Shown here: positions 50,550-60,698 of the stretch, piece after piece | Position numbering within the stretch: position 1 is the first letter of the stretch | Layout of the letters: each line of letters starts with the position of its first letter | Assembly: GCA_964291315.2 (NCBI GenBank) | Contig: OZ219753.1 | Span: forward strand, 1,760,001 to 1,824,000 | Direction: 5' to 3' | DNA from: Candidatus Poribacteria bacterium | GTDB lineage: Bacteria > Poribacteria > WGA-4E > WGA-3G | DNA: 64,000 nt | Notes under the pieces: generated by a model | Told to the model about the DNA's origin: nothing | The model's database searches: none | The model's input: only the letters and a program-made list of their open reading frames with translations | Position numbers and translations under genes: made by a program

Positions 50550-51269
50550 TCAGGCATCCACAGCGATCCGAAAACCGACGCTATGAATAGCCTGTATCGG
50601 CTCGTACGCGGCCCGGTTCGCACAGCGAGCAGCGAATTCGCCCCGGGCTATCCAGGAACCCCCACGAATCACGCGGCGACGCCCTTCACTCGCCCCCAAC
50701 GGATTCTCCGCAGCCGAGTACTTGTAGGTCTCCTGATGAAACCAGTCGCTGCACCAATCGTAAGCATTGCCCGCCATATCGTAGCATCCGTACGGGCTCA
50801 TACCTGATGGATAGTTCCCGACAGGCATCAACCGCTTGTTCCCAGATTCAGATGTGTTCGCCCGACTCGCATCCCATGCGTCTCCCCAAGGATATTCGCG
50901 AGCGTCGGGGCCACGCGCCGCTTTTTCCCACTCCGCCTCTGACGGCAAACGATAGTCCACGCCCGTGTCCCTGCCTATCCACTCCAAAAAGTGCATTGCA
51001 TCCAACCAACTTACCCCGACGACCGGGCAATCCGGGGCGTTAAGATGTTCTTCTGACCAGAACAGCGGCGGCGAATGTCCCGTCGCCTCTACAAATTCGG
51101 CATACTGAGCATTCGTGACCTGATACGCCCCAACAGCATACGCATCGAGCATAACGCTGCGTTGCGGTTCTTCCGGATCGGTCTTTCGAAGCCCAGTCGG
51201 AATAGTCCCCATGATGAACTCACCCGCGGGGATACGAATTAGCGGATAATCAAACGTTTTAATGTGCAT
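50550..51269 (-). CDS. FGE-sulfatase (SUMF1) domain protein
   Basis: FIMG, VTNAQY, PVVGVSW, RLPSEAEWEKAARG, YDMAGN, RGGSW, GFR. Confidence 0.9.
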   Translation of the reverse strand: MHIKTFDYPLIRIPAGEFIMGTIPTGLRKTDPEEPQRSVMLDAYAVGAYQVTNAQYAEFVEATGHSPPLFWSEEHLNAPDCPVVGVSWLDAMHFLEWIGRDTGVDYRLPSEAEWEKAARGPDAREYPWGDAWDASRANTSESGNKRLMPVGNYPSGMSPYGCYDMAGNAYDWCSDWFHQETYKYSAAENPLGASEGRRRVIRGGSWIARGEFAARCANRAAYEPIQAIHSVGFRIAVDA

Positions 51270-51303
51270 ATCGGTTTTTGTATCCGAACCTCTTAGGTTC
51301 CCT

Positions 51304-51407
51304 TGTAGCATAGACTGTCAGTCTGTGGCTCCGTGGCATAGACTATCATTGTAGCATAGACTGTGAGTCTGTGTGTGCATCTATAGCATCACTCATTAGT
51401 CTGCGCC
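51304..51407. repeat. cluster of 3-4 REP-like units at the left edge of the defence island
   Basis: tgtagcatagactgtcagtctgtg, gtggcatagact, tgtagcatagactgtgagtctgtg, tagcatcact..agtctgcg. Confidence 0.75.
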
Positions 51408-51561
51408 GGAGTAAAAACTTCTCTGTTAATATAGCATATCTCTTACCTCAACCGCAACCTCTCTACTCATTCTAAGCGGAATCTCCGAATTCCGACTCGG
51501 CACATAGAAAGTAGAAAAAGCCGAATATTTAACAGCACTAAACAATTGTCAAAAAAACCCC

Positions 51562-51590
51562 TTGATTTTTTACTAAATATATGATACACT
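51562..51590 (+). promoter_or_regulatory. sigma70-type promoter for SBD-HNH gene
   Basis: TTGATT-17-TACACT with TG extension. Confidence 0.5.
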
Positions 51591-51655
51591 TCATTATACA
51601 TTTATACGTTCGCGATAGTTGCCCTAAATCCGCTGCTCAAAACGAGAGAACGCAA

Positions 51656-52543
51656 ATGACAAAAGAAGAAATTATCCAGAAATTCCAAAACCTCAACGTA
51701 TGGAAAAGAGGGGACCAACGCGCCCCACACAAGCCGTTAGTTATTTTGTATGCAATCGGAAAATTACTGCGCGGTGAAGAAAGTCTTCTATACCGTGAGA
51801 TGGAGGAAGATATCCGAAACTTGTTGCGAAAGTTTGGACCCACACGCCGCAGTTACAGTCCACAATTCCCATTTTGGCGATTGCAAAACGACGAAATATG
51901 GCAGGTGTCTGAAACAGATAGTATCACGCTCACCAGTGGTGGAGATCCTCGTGTAACCGACCTTAGAGCTTATAACGTCTTCGGCTCTTTCAAAAACGAT
52001 ATCCGTACACATCTCCAAAATGATTCTGAACTCACATGTGAAATCGTCCGTATTGTGTTAAACGGCCACTTTCGACCGTCACTCCACACAGATATTCTAC
52101 ACGCTGTTGGAATTGAACTCCCGATCCTAACTGTCGGCGCGAGAACGCTAACATCGGATTTCTGGGAAGATGTCCTCAGAGCCTACCAGTACAGATGTGC
52201 CGTCTGCGGATTTGACCTGCACTTAGGCCTCCAACTCATCGCAATAGAAGCCGCCCACATCAAATGGCCTCAAGCGGGTGGCCCGAATTCAGTAGAAAAT
52301 GGTTTAGCTCTCTGTTACCTACACCAAAAACTATTTGACCTTGGTGCATTTACTTTATCACCAAAATTAAATTTACTTGTATCAGAATCCACAAATGGAT
52401 CCCATGGTCTTAAAGAATGGTTGATGGACTTTCATGACAAGCCGATCCGTTTCCCGCAAAGGCAAGCATATTACCCAAACGAAGATTTCATACAGTGGCA
52501 TCTCAGAGAAGTTTTCAAAGCCCCTTATAGAGAAATAGGTTGA
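51656..52543 (+). CDS. SBD-HNH phosphorothioated-DNA-binding restriction endonuclease family protein
   Basis: RAPHKPL and FPFWRL (sulfur-binding-domain motifs), CAVC...EAAHI...NGLALCYLHQKLFD HNH domain. Confidence 0.82.
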   Translation: MTKEEIIQKFQNLNVWKRGDQRAPHKPLVILYAIGKLLRGEESLLYREMEEDIRNLLRKFGPTRRSYSPQFPFWRLQNDEIWQVSETDSITLTSGGDPRVTDLRAYNVFGSFKNDIRTHLQNDSELTCEIVRIVLNGHFRPSLHTDILHAVGIELPILTVGARTLTSDFWEDVLRAYQYRCAVCGFDLHLGLQLIAIEAAHIKWPQAGGPNSVENGLALCYLHQKLFDLGAFTLSPKLNLLVSESTNGSHGLKEWLMDFHDKPIRFPQRQAYYPNEDFIQWHLREVFKAPYREIG

Positions 52544-52991
52544 CGTTCACTATTAATCCTGTGCTGCTAGACTAAAATTTTCAACGAAAGGGAATCACCG
52601 AGCTTTTCTCCTGAAAAAATGCTTGACATAATTAGCAGTTTAAGATAAAAAAGGCAGAAAATAGGCAATCCAAATAGGATCAAATTTAATCGACAAGACG
52701 CATGAAAAATTTATACACTTACACTCCAATTAAAACCTCAAGGTTACTTAGCAAAAATTGTCGCTCCCGGCAACTTTCTAGCCTCCTAATACCCGCTGCT
52801 GCCGGTATGCTGTCGCAAACAATCACACATTACCCCCCCCACTCCACTAACGATAAGCAAACCGTCCAAAACACATCCGCGCCGCCTGCACCTACTCGCT
52901 GTTTCCTCGAACGGCAGGCGACGCTCTCTTTCGTTCTCATACTTTCCGCTGTCTGTTTCAATTTCTTACCTAGGGTCGGGAGGCATGAAAC

Positions 52992-53963
52992 GTGATTAAC
53001 ACCTCCACAATTCACCCACACATAATCAAACCCTCTTTCACAGGGCATCAGACATTTCCCTTTCGATATACATGGCTGAAGAAGGGCGTGGATGCCGTAG
53101 CAGCAGATCCAGCCATCTTTTTTTACGAAGATGCCTCTGTCACCTTAGGGGTCGGAAAGAACATGATCGGCTCCATCCGCCACTGGTGCCGGGCAGCCGG
53201 ACTCGTCAAAGAGGTTACAAGGCAGCAAGCACAACTCACTATGAACCTTAACGAGAGGCCAAGCAGTAACCGACGCGGACAATTTGTGCCTACTCAACTC
53301 GGTAAAGCTATTTTTGATAAAAGCGGGTTTGATCCCTACCTCGAAGACCCCGCAACCTTATGGCTGATCCACTGGCAGATCGCAACGAATACACAGCAAG
53401 CAACCGCATGGTATTGGGCGTTCAACATCCTAAGAAGCAACCAATTTACACCCCAGACCTTCGCAAGAGATGTCTACAAATGGGCACAACAACAAAAACA
53501 GTCTATGCCCCGCGTCTCTGAAAATACACTTCAGCGAGATGTCAACTGCTTTATCCGTACCTACTGTCAGGCACGCCACGCTCCTACCGTCATTGAGGAC
53601 ACTTTCGCCTGCCCCCTCGTCGAACTCAACTTGATCGCTGAACTACCAGACAGCGACGCTTATGAATTTCAGCGAGGCGATAAAGAGACGCTGCCGATCG
53701 AGATCGTGGCCTGGGCGCTAAATACGTTCTGGCAAAACCACTTCGCCCCGAGAGAATCACTCTCGTTCTCTGACCTGATGTACGCGCCATCAAGCCCCGG
53801 ACGAGTCTTCAGATTAGATGAGGACACAATGACCACCTATCTCGAGAACCTAGAAGAACTCACAAACGGCACATTCCAATACGATGAAACAGCAGGCCTG
53901 AAGCAGCTGTATCGACACGCAGATTTTAACGCGATGAAACTTTTAGAGAGGTACTATGGCTAA
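52992..53963 (+). CDS. DUF4007 protein, SspB-like
   Basis: FTGHQTFPFRYTWLKKG, LGVGKNM..SIRHW, FDPYLED..TLWLIHW, CPLVELNLI, ETAGLKQ. Confidence 0.88.
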   Translation: MINTSTIHPHIIKPSFTGHQTFPFRYTWLKKGVDAVAADPAIFFYEDASVTLGVGKNMIGSIRHWCRAAGLVKEVTRQQAQLTMNLNERPSSNRRGQFVPTQLGKAIFDKSGFDPYLEDPATLWLIHWQIATNTQQATAWYWAFNILRSNQFTPQTFARDVYKWAQQQKQSMPRVSENTLQRDVNCFIRTYCQARHAPTVIEDTFACPLVELNLIAELPDSDAYEFQRGDKETLPIEIVAWALNTFWQNHFAPRESLSFSDLMYAPSSPGRVFRLDEDTMTTYLENLEELTNGTFQYDETAGLKQLYRHADFNAMKLLERYYG

Positions 53964-56900
53964 CCCCAGACTGTCGGAACTTTTTCACATCACGGAACGT
54001 TTCCAACGATCCATACATCTGGAACGCGATTTTTATACCGAAAACGCATTAGAGGGTTACATTCTTACCGTCAAGGCACGAGAAATTCTCACACGCCTTA
54101 TCGAAGCACAAGAGAACCACTCCACATCAAAAGCATGGTCACTCACCGGCCCCTACGGCTCCGGCAAATCCGCATTCGCGCTCTTCACCGCAAAGCTGCT
54201 CGGGAACTCCAACGCCTCCACAACGCAACAGGCCCAAGAACTGCTGAAGCAAGCGGACGTTTCACTCTACCAACGGTTCATGAGCACTCACAATAACGGC
54301 AAGAACATGTCATCAGGTTTCTGCTCCGTGCTCATCTCCGGCGAACGCGCACCCATCACACTTGCACTTCTACGCGGATTAGAGCACGGACTTAACGCTT
54401 TCAACCGAACAGCACCACACGCAACACTCCGCAGGAAAATTAGAGCCCTCTTAAAAACAGCCGAACAAGGCACACCGCCCAACGCCTCCGAAATCACCCA
54501 ACTATTTGAGAGCGCGACAGACGCTATCAGAAAAAAAGGCGGGACAGGCCTCCTTTTAATCATCGATGAACTCGGGAAATTCCTCGAATACGCTGCACAC
54601 TCGCCCGCACACGGGGACGTGTTCGTCCTCCAAACCCTCGCTGAATGCGCCACTCGTACCCAGCAGACACCGCTATTTCTACTGACCCTCCTGCATCAAT
54701 CCTTTGAACAATACGCAAACAGAATCGCAAAATCGCAGCGCGAGGAGTGGGCAAAAGTTCAAGGCAGATTCGAAGATATCGCCTTTGTAGAACCTGCAGA
54801 ACAGATACTACGACTCATCGCCTCCGCTATCCAAAATAGACCCATAGCAATAGATAAAAAACCGATTGACCCCGCTGAAATAAACCTCAAGCCCAATCAA
54901 CTTTCCGAGAATGAATTTAACCAGCTCCTACAAAATTGCCGGCCTCTCCATCCAATTGTAGCCCTTATCCTCGGTTCAATCTTCCGGCGGTTTGCACAGA
55001 ATGAACGATCCCTCTTCGCTTTTCTCAGCTCAAACGAACCTTATGGATTACAAGAATTCCTCTCAAATCAACGTTACGACGGAAACGTCTTGCCGATGCT
55101 GTCAGTCGCCGATCTATACGATTACCTCAACACCAGCATCGTACATCGACTTTACGCCTCACGCGACGGCGAAAAATGGGTGGAAATTGAGATGGCAATT
55201 CGCCGATTGACTGACCCCTCGCCAACGCTCGTTAAACTCATCAAAACCATAGGACTGCTCAATATCGTCGGAGAGGTGAGCACACATCTGAAAGCCTCAA
55301 AACCTATACTCCGTTTCGCCCTCAATGACCACACCGAAAGCTTCGAGCAGGAATTCCAGAACGCAGTGGCACTATTACAAAAACGATCCATTGTTGTCTA
55401 CCGCCGCTATAACGACATTTATACCCTCTGGGAAGGAAGCGATATCGACATTGAGGCGAAACGCCATGAAGCCGAGGGAAACCTCGACCCAAACGAAACG
55501 CTCACAACGTATCTTTCAGAACTCACACCTCCACGACCCCTCATCGCCCGTCGACATCTTTTCGAAAAAGGCACACTCCGCTATTTCACCGTCCGTTACA
55601 CCGACATTGAAGATTTCGACGCGAAACTGAACGAACCCCTAGACGGGGCAGACGGGCTTGTCCTTTACGCGCTCCCCGGAGGCGAAGATGAACTCGAGCC
55701 GTTGGTTGAAAAGGCAACTGATGCACACACCGCCCAATGCAAACAGACCCTAATTGCAATCCCACGCTCCACCCACTTTCTCCGCGAGGCTGTCACCGAG
55801 CTCGCCTGTCTACGCTGGATCTCAGAAAATACACCCGAACTCGAAGGCGACGCCGTCGCAAGACGAGAACTCGCTATCCGATGGGTAGAAGCAGAACGCG
55901 GCGTTGACAATCAACTCAATATTATCTTCAGCGGCGACACCGAAGCACCATGCAGATGGTTCCACAAAGCACATGAAGTAGACATCACATCTCAACGCAC
56001 CAGAAACGAACACTTGTCAAAAATGTGTGACGCAACCTATCATAAAACACCGCTTATTCGAAATGAACTCATTAACCGACGGAAAATCTCCGGCACCGTA
56101 ACAGCCGCTCGAAAGAAATTAATCCAAGCTATACTCGAAAAGGCGGATCAAGAAAACCTCGGCATCACCGGCTACCCTGCTGAAATGAGTATCTACCGAT
56201 CCCTCTTAGTCGAAACAGGCATACACCGTAAAACTTCCGGCATCTGGGGGTTTCACCCACCCAAACCAGATACCGATAAAACCAGCAGCACCCACACATG
56301 GCGCGCAATCGAGTCCTTCCTCGAAACGTGCGAAACCGATCGCCAACCTATCACCCAACTCTACGAAAATCTGATGGCACCTCCGTTCGGACTTCGAGAA
56401 GGCCTACTGCCAATTCTGCTCTGCACCGTAATGCAGCATTACAAAACAGAAATCGCACTCTATGAAAACGGATCCTTTATAGCCGACTGGTCAATGCCCG
56501 TCTTTGAAAGACTGCTGAAAATACCACACCAATTCGAACTGAAACGGTTTCGGATGACAGGCATCCGTTCCGAGCTGTTCACACAATTCGCAGAAACGTT
56601 CAACCACGCAACAACATCCGAAAACCCACAGCTATTAACAGTCATCAAACTGCTCATGCGCGCTATAGCACAACTACCGAAATACACGCTGACAACACAA
56701 GAATTGAGTGATAATGCAAAAAATCTCCGCAGAATCGTCCTGAACGCCCGTGAACCCGACGCACTCCTCTTTAAACAATTGCCCGAAACGTTCGGATTCC
56801 CCGCTTTTAGCACGGAAATGCCAACAGACGCAAAGGTCATTTCAGATTTTCTCAGCACACTGAAAAACGCACTCGCCGACTTGCAGCGCGCCTACGAACG

Positions 56901-57450
56901 CCTACTGAACCTTGTAGAGCAGACCCTAGTAAGGGCGTTCAACCTAACACCGACACCGGAAGAACTCCGCAACGCCCTCGTCGCCCGAGCCGAACCTCTA
57001 TTACCGATAACGATTGAAACCGATCTCAAAGGCTTCTTAATCCAAATCTGTAGCAGCGGACACGACTTCACGAACTGGATCGAGGCAATCGCCACCTATC
57101 TCGCTAAAAAACCGCCAGCCTCATGGATAGATACCGACAGGGCACAATTTGAAATCAACCTTTCTCAACTCGCGAGGAAGTTCCGGCATTTCGAAGCAAT
57201 CGCCTACGAAAAGCGAGCACATACCGATCCAACCGCAGGCGAACCCATTCGAGTCGGTATCACCGCACCAAACCAAACCGAGCAAGAACGCGTGGTTACC
57301 TTGACCGCAACTGCTGATGAACAAACAACTGAAATGGAACACGACATCCGAAAAGTTTTTGACAAATTCAATGTAGACGATAACCCTGAACTTCATATCG
57401 CAATCCTTGCACGAATTTCACAAAAATGGATACGACAACTCGACGAATAG
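53956..57450 (+). CDS. large P-loop ATPase, SspC-like (BrxC/PglY-related)
   Basis: RFQRSIHLERD, GPYGSGKS Walker A, LIIDELGKFLE Walker B, EWAKVQGRF, QNERSLF, PPFGLREG; 8-nt overlap with DUF4007. Confidence 0.8.
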   Translation: MANPRLSELFHITERFQRSIHLERDFYTENALEGYILTVKAREILTRLIEAQENHSTSKAWSLTGPYGSGKSAFALFTAKLLGNSNASTTQQAQELLKQADVSLYQRFMSTHNNGKNMSSGFCSVLISGERAPITLALLRGLEHGLNAFNRTAPHATLRRKIRALLKTAEQGTPPNASEITQLFESATDAIRKKGGTGLLLIIDELGKFLEYAAHSPAHGDVFVLQTLAECATRTQQTPLFLLTLLHQSFEQYANRIAKSQREEWAKVQGRFEDIAFVEPAEQILRLIASAIQNRPIAIDKKPIDPAEINLKPNQLSENEFNQLLQNCRPLHPIVALILGSIFRRFAQNERSLFAFLSSNEPYGLQEFLSNQRYDGNVLPMLSVADLYDYLNTSIVHRLYASRDGEKWVEIEMAIRRLTDPSPTLVKLIKTIGLLNIVGEVSTHLKASKPILRFALNDHTESFEQEFQNAVALLQKRSIVVYRRYNDIYTLWEGSDIDIEAKRHEAEGNLDPNETLTTYLSELTPPRPLIARRHLFEKGTLRYFTVRYTDIEDFDAKLNEPLDGADGLVLYALPGGEDELEPLVEKATDAHTAQCKQTLIAIPRSTHFLREAVTELACLRWISENTPELEGDAVARRELAIRWVEAERGVDNQLNIIFSGDTEAPCRWFHKAHEVDITSQRTRNEHLSKMCDATYHKTPLIRNELINRRKISGTVTAARKKLIQAILEKADQENLGITGYPAEMSIYRSLLVETGIHRKTSGIWGFHPPKPDTDKTSSTHTWRAIESFLETCETDRQPITQLYENLMAPPFGLREGLLPILLCTVMQHYKTEIALYENGSFIADWSMPVFERLLKIPHQFELKRFRMTGIRSELFTQFAETFNHATTSENPQLLTVIKLLMRAIAQLPKYTLTTQELSDNAKNLRRIVLNAREPDALLFKQLPETFGFPAFSTEMPTDAKVISDFLSTLKNALADLQRAYERLLNLVEQTLVRAFNLTPTPEELRNALVARAEPLLPITIETDLKGFLIQICSSGHDFTNWIEAIATYLAKKPPASWIDTDRAQFEINLSQLARKFRHFEAIAYEKRAHTDPTAGEPIRVGITAPNQTEQERVVTLTATADEQTTEMEHDIRKVFDKFNVDDNPELHIAILARISQKWIRQLDE

Positions 57451-57462
57451 AGAGGTCAAACT

Positions 57463-58299
57463 ATGGAACAAGAAACCCGTCATCTGCTGGGGCTCTCCGG
57501 CGGAAAAGATAGCTCCGCACTCGCAGTCTACATGCGCGACAGAGTACCAGAGATGGAATATTTCTTCTCTGATACCGGCAAAGAGCTCCCCGAAACATAT
57601 GAATTCTTAGACCGATTAGAGGCGTTCCTCGGCAAACCGATCGTCCGCCTCAACATGAACCCTGATGCCAGTCAGAACAGAGACTTCGATCACTGGTTGA
57701 AACTTTACGGCGGACTCCTGCCGTCCTCACAAGTGCGATGGTGCACCGTTAACCTCAAAATCAAACCTTTTGAGGAATACGTCGGCGAAGACAGGGCATA
57801 CCACTACATCGCCATCCGCGCCGATGAAGACCGCATCGGCTACAAACCGCCCAAAGTGTCCGCAATCCATAACATTGAACCCAAATACCCCTTCAAAGAG
57901 GACGGCATCACCAAAGAAGACGTCTACCGAATCCTCGAGGAAAGCGGGGTCGGACTCCCCACGTATTACGACTGGCGCACACGCTCAGGCTGCTACTTCT
58001 GCTTCTTCCAGCGCAAATCCGAATGGGTCGGACTCTTAGAGCAGCACCCTGACCTCTTCGAACTCGCAAAATCGTATGAGAAATTCAACACCGAAACAGG
58101 CGAACGATTCACATGGTGCCAAGGCGAAAGCCTAGAGGAACTGTCAGCACCAGAACGAATCGCACAAATCAAAGCAAACACCGAAAAAGCGAAAGCCTCT
58201 AAGAGAGCCGCAAAACCGAATCAGCGACTGATAGAGATACTCACCGATGTCTATGACGATGAAGATGACGAGGAACCCTGTCTCATCTGTCATAAGTGA
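57463..58299 (+). CDS. PAPS reductase-family PP-loop protein, SspD/DndC-like
   Basis: SGGKDS, DTGKE, RWCT..LKIKP, IRADE, RSGCYFCFFQ, C-terminal CLICH. Confidence 0.87.
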   Translation: MEQETRHLLGLSGGKDSSALAVYMRDRVPEMEYFFSDTGKELPETYEFLDRLEAFLGKPIVRLNMNPDASQNRDFDHWLKLYGGLLPSSQVRWCTVNLKIKPFEEYVGEDRAYHYIAIRADEDRIGYKPPKVSAIHNIEPKYPFKEDGITKEDVYRILEESGVGLPTYYDWRTRSGCYFCFFQRKSEWVGLLEQHPDLFELAKSYEKFNTETGERFTWCQGESLEELSAPERIAQIKANTEKAKASKRAAKPNQRLIEILTDVYDDEDDEEPCLICHK

Positions 58300-58344
58300 C
58301 ATCAAATAAAATGCTACCCTATTTAGGAGGAAACAAACAATGGG

Positions 58345-60444
58345 ATGACACTTCGGGCAATACCCGATATTCGACCCCTTTATATACTGCCAAAGGACCC
58401 CGCTATAGAGGAGGTCCTAATTCCATGCTTTCAATCCGCAGGCTCTGTTGATTGCATGATGGGCTTCTTTTCGAGCGAAATTCTGGTGTCGCTTGCACCA
58501 GGTCTAGCAACCTTCATTAATAGCGCAGAGGGGAAGCTGCGCCTAATTATCAGTCCGCTGCTCCGAACCGAAGACAGAGACGCAATAGCCAACGGAATAG
58601 CCTCGCCTGAAGATATCGCGAACGCAACTCTGGAAAACTTTGTTGTTACCGAAAACGCCATCGCACAACATACGTTGAAATGTCTCTCGTGGATGTTACG
58701 TTCCGGACGCTTGGAAATCAAAATCGTCTTGATGAAAGATGCCCTTTTCCATCCGAAAGTCTGGCTCTTTCGCCGGGGGGACGACGTAATAGCAGCACAC
58801 GGATCCAGCAACATGACATACGCCGGCGTCCAGAAGAATATCGAGCAAATGTCCATCTCTAAATCGTGGGCGGACACGAATCAACAATACATCGCAGAGA
58901 AACTTTGTGACCAATTTAGAGAACTCTGGGGAAATCAAGATACCAATTGTACTGTCGTTTCAATCCCGGAAGCACTGAAGGAAAATCTATTGAGCACTTA
59001 TAATCCAGTCCTCCCACCAACTGAAGAAGAATTTCATACGCTTCGCGAGCAGGCTTGCGACCTTGACAGAGACAGATCGTCGCGCCCCACATTCACTATA
59101 CCCCGACACCTTCGATTTGAGGAGGGGCCTTTTGAACATCAAGGACGAGCCGTTAAAGCATGGTGTGAAGCCGGCCATCAAGGCGTTTTGGAAATGGCAA
59201 CCGGCTCAGGAAAAACAGTCACCGCTATGATTTGCACACACCGACTCTACAGTGTGGAGAAACCACTTCTAGTCGTTGTGTCCGCGCCTTACATCCCCCT
59301 TATTCAACAGTGGTGTGATGAAATTTCACCCTTCGGACTCAAGGCGGTTAACCTATCTGAAGCAAGCGGGGCAAGAAAACGAGCCGCCAAGCTTAAAAAA
59401 ATAGAGCGGAGACTCCGATTCGGCAGGAGCAGCATCGAAATTGTCGTCGTTTCTCACCGCACACTTTGCAGTAGCGAGTTTAAAGATGAACTCGAAAAAT
59501 TTGATTTTAAAACGCTGCTTATCGCCGATGAAGTCCACAACCTCGGCAGCGAGGGATTCATAGCGAATCCTCCTGACTTCTTTGACCACAGATTAGGATT
59601 ATCTGCTACCCCAATTCGGCAGTACGATGAGGAAGGAACCGAGCAGCTGTTCGCCTTTTTCGGCCCTATCGTTTTCCAATTCACCCTTGAGGAAGCAATC
59701 GGGCGATGTCTCGTTGAATACGAATACTACGTCCATACAGTAAAACTCACAGAAGATGAAATGGAGAAATGGTACGCACTCACAGAACAGATCAAGAAAA
59801 ACGCTTGGCGACAAGAAGGTGAAGACAGTGAAGATGAGTACCTTATGAAGCTCCTACGAGACCGACGCGCACTCTTAGAAAACGCGGAAAATAAGATTGA
59901 TGCCTTGGAAAAAGTTTTGAGACCCAAAGATCTCCAAAGGCTCCGATACACCCTGATTTATACCTCTGCTACAGGACCGCAGCAGCTCGAAGATGTCAAC
60001 GCCCTACTGAACGAACACAGCGTACTCTTCCATCAACTGACACATAAAGAAGCAAGAAACCGTAAGAAAACCGCACAGATTCTCCAAGACTTCCGAGAGG
60101 GAACGTTGAAGATCCTAACCGCGAAACGCGTGCTTGATGAAGGCGTGAACATCCCAGAAATTGAGAGGGCTTTCATCCTCGCCAGCACCACAGTAGAGCG
60201 ACAATGGGTTCAGCGGCGCGGCAGGCTGCTCCGCACATGTCGCGAAACCGGTAAAACGCACAGTGAAATCCACGACTTCATCGCCTTGCCGCCCGATTTG
60301 GACAACATAGACGACAGGGCCCGTAGGTTAGTAGAATCCGAACTCAAGCGAGTACGAGCATTTGCTTACCTCGCAAAAAACTTTGGCAGACCTGATGGCC
60401 CCTTAAACCACCTCGACCAACTGGTTAAAATCCTTTATACATAG
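58345..60444 (+). CDS. PLD(HxK)-nuclease + SF2 DExH helicase fusion, PbeA-like
   Basis: GFFSS, FHPKVW, HGSSNMT; MATGSGKT, DEVH, LSAT, LDEGVNIP, QRRGRLLR. Confidence 0.82.
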   Translation: MTLRAIPDIRPLYILPKDPAIEEVLIPCFQSAGSVDCMMGFFSSEILVSLAPGLATFINSAEGKLRLIISPLLRTEDRDAIANGIASPEDIANATLENFVVTENAIAQHTLKCLSWMLRSGRLEIKIVLMKDALFHPKVWLFRRGDDVIAAHGSSNMTYAGVQKNIEQMSISKSWADTNQQYIAEKLCDQFRELWGNQDTNCTVVSIPEALKENLLSTYNPVLPPTEEEFHTLREQACDLDRDRSSRPTFTIPRHLRFEEGPFEHQGRAVKAWCEAGHQGVLEMATGSGKTVTAMICTHRLYSVEKPLLVVVSAPYIPLIQQWCDEISPFGLKAVNLSEASGARKRAAKLKKIERRLRFGRSSIEIVVVSHRTLCSSEFKDELEKFDFKTLLIADEVHNLGSEGFIANPPDFFDHRLGLSATPIRQYDEEGTEQLFAFFGPIVFQFTLEEAIGRCLVEYEYYVHTVKLTEDEMEKWYALTEQIKKNAWRQEGEDSEDEYLMKLLRDRRALLENAENKIDALEKVLRPKDLQRLRYTLIYTSATGPQQLEDVNALLNEHSVLFHQLTHKEARNRKKTAQILQDFREGTLKILTAKRVLDEGVNIPEIERAFILASTTVERQWVQRRGRLLRTCRETGKTHSEIHDFIALPPDLDNIDDRARRLVESELKRVRAFAYLAKNFGRPDGPLNHLDQLVKILYT

Positions 60445-60455
60445 CGGAGGATACT

Positions 60456-60698
60456 ATGTCATATAACGCAGAAAAAATGGGAAAACTGATTGAAGACGCA
60501 TGTCAATCTGTTGAAAACAGATCTAACGGCTACAAGAGAAAAGTTATTGATGCCATAGTCGAAATTCTTGAGGCCGAGCGAGACCATAAAACCCGAAGAA
60601 CAAACATCCAGAAAAAAGTAAATGAAGTGTGCCATAGCACGGGTGACTTTCTCATGAAAGAACGCGATATAGATAACCCCAACAATGGAGGCTGCTAA
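60456..60698 (+). CDS. small helical protein, PbeB-like by position
   Basis: 80 aa, GGAGG RBS, stop abuts the next ATG. Confidence 0.65.
   Translation: MSYNAEKMGKLIEDACQSVENRSNGYKRKVIDAIVEILEAERDHKTRRTNIQKKVNEVCHSTGDFLMKERDIDNPNNGGC

Noticed and set aside
52702-52995. 97-aa ORF upstream of DUF4007
   Set aside because: No clear RBS or motif and it runs through hairpin-rich sequence; treated as leader, though its 4-nt GTGA overlap with the next start means it cannot be fully excluded.
52992-58299. BREX type 4 or sulfate-assimilation cysH
   Set aside because: No pglZ or brxL, DUF4007 and PAPS reductase are separate genes in sspBCD order, and there are no cys genes nearby.
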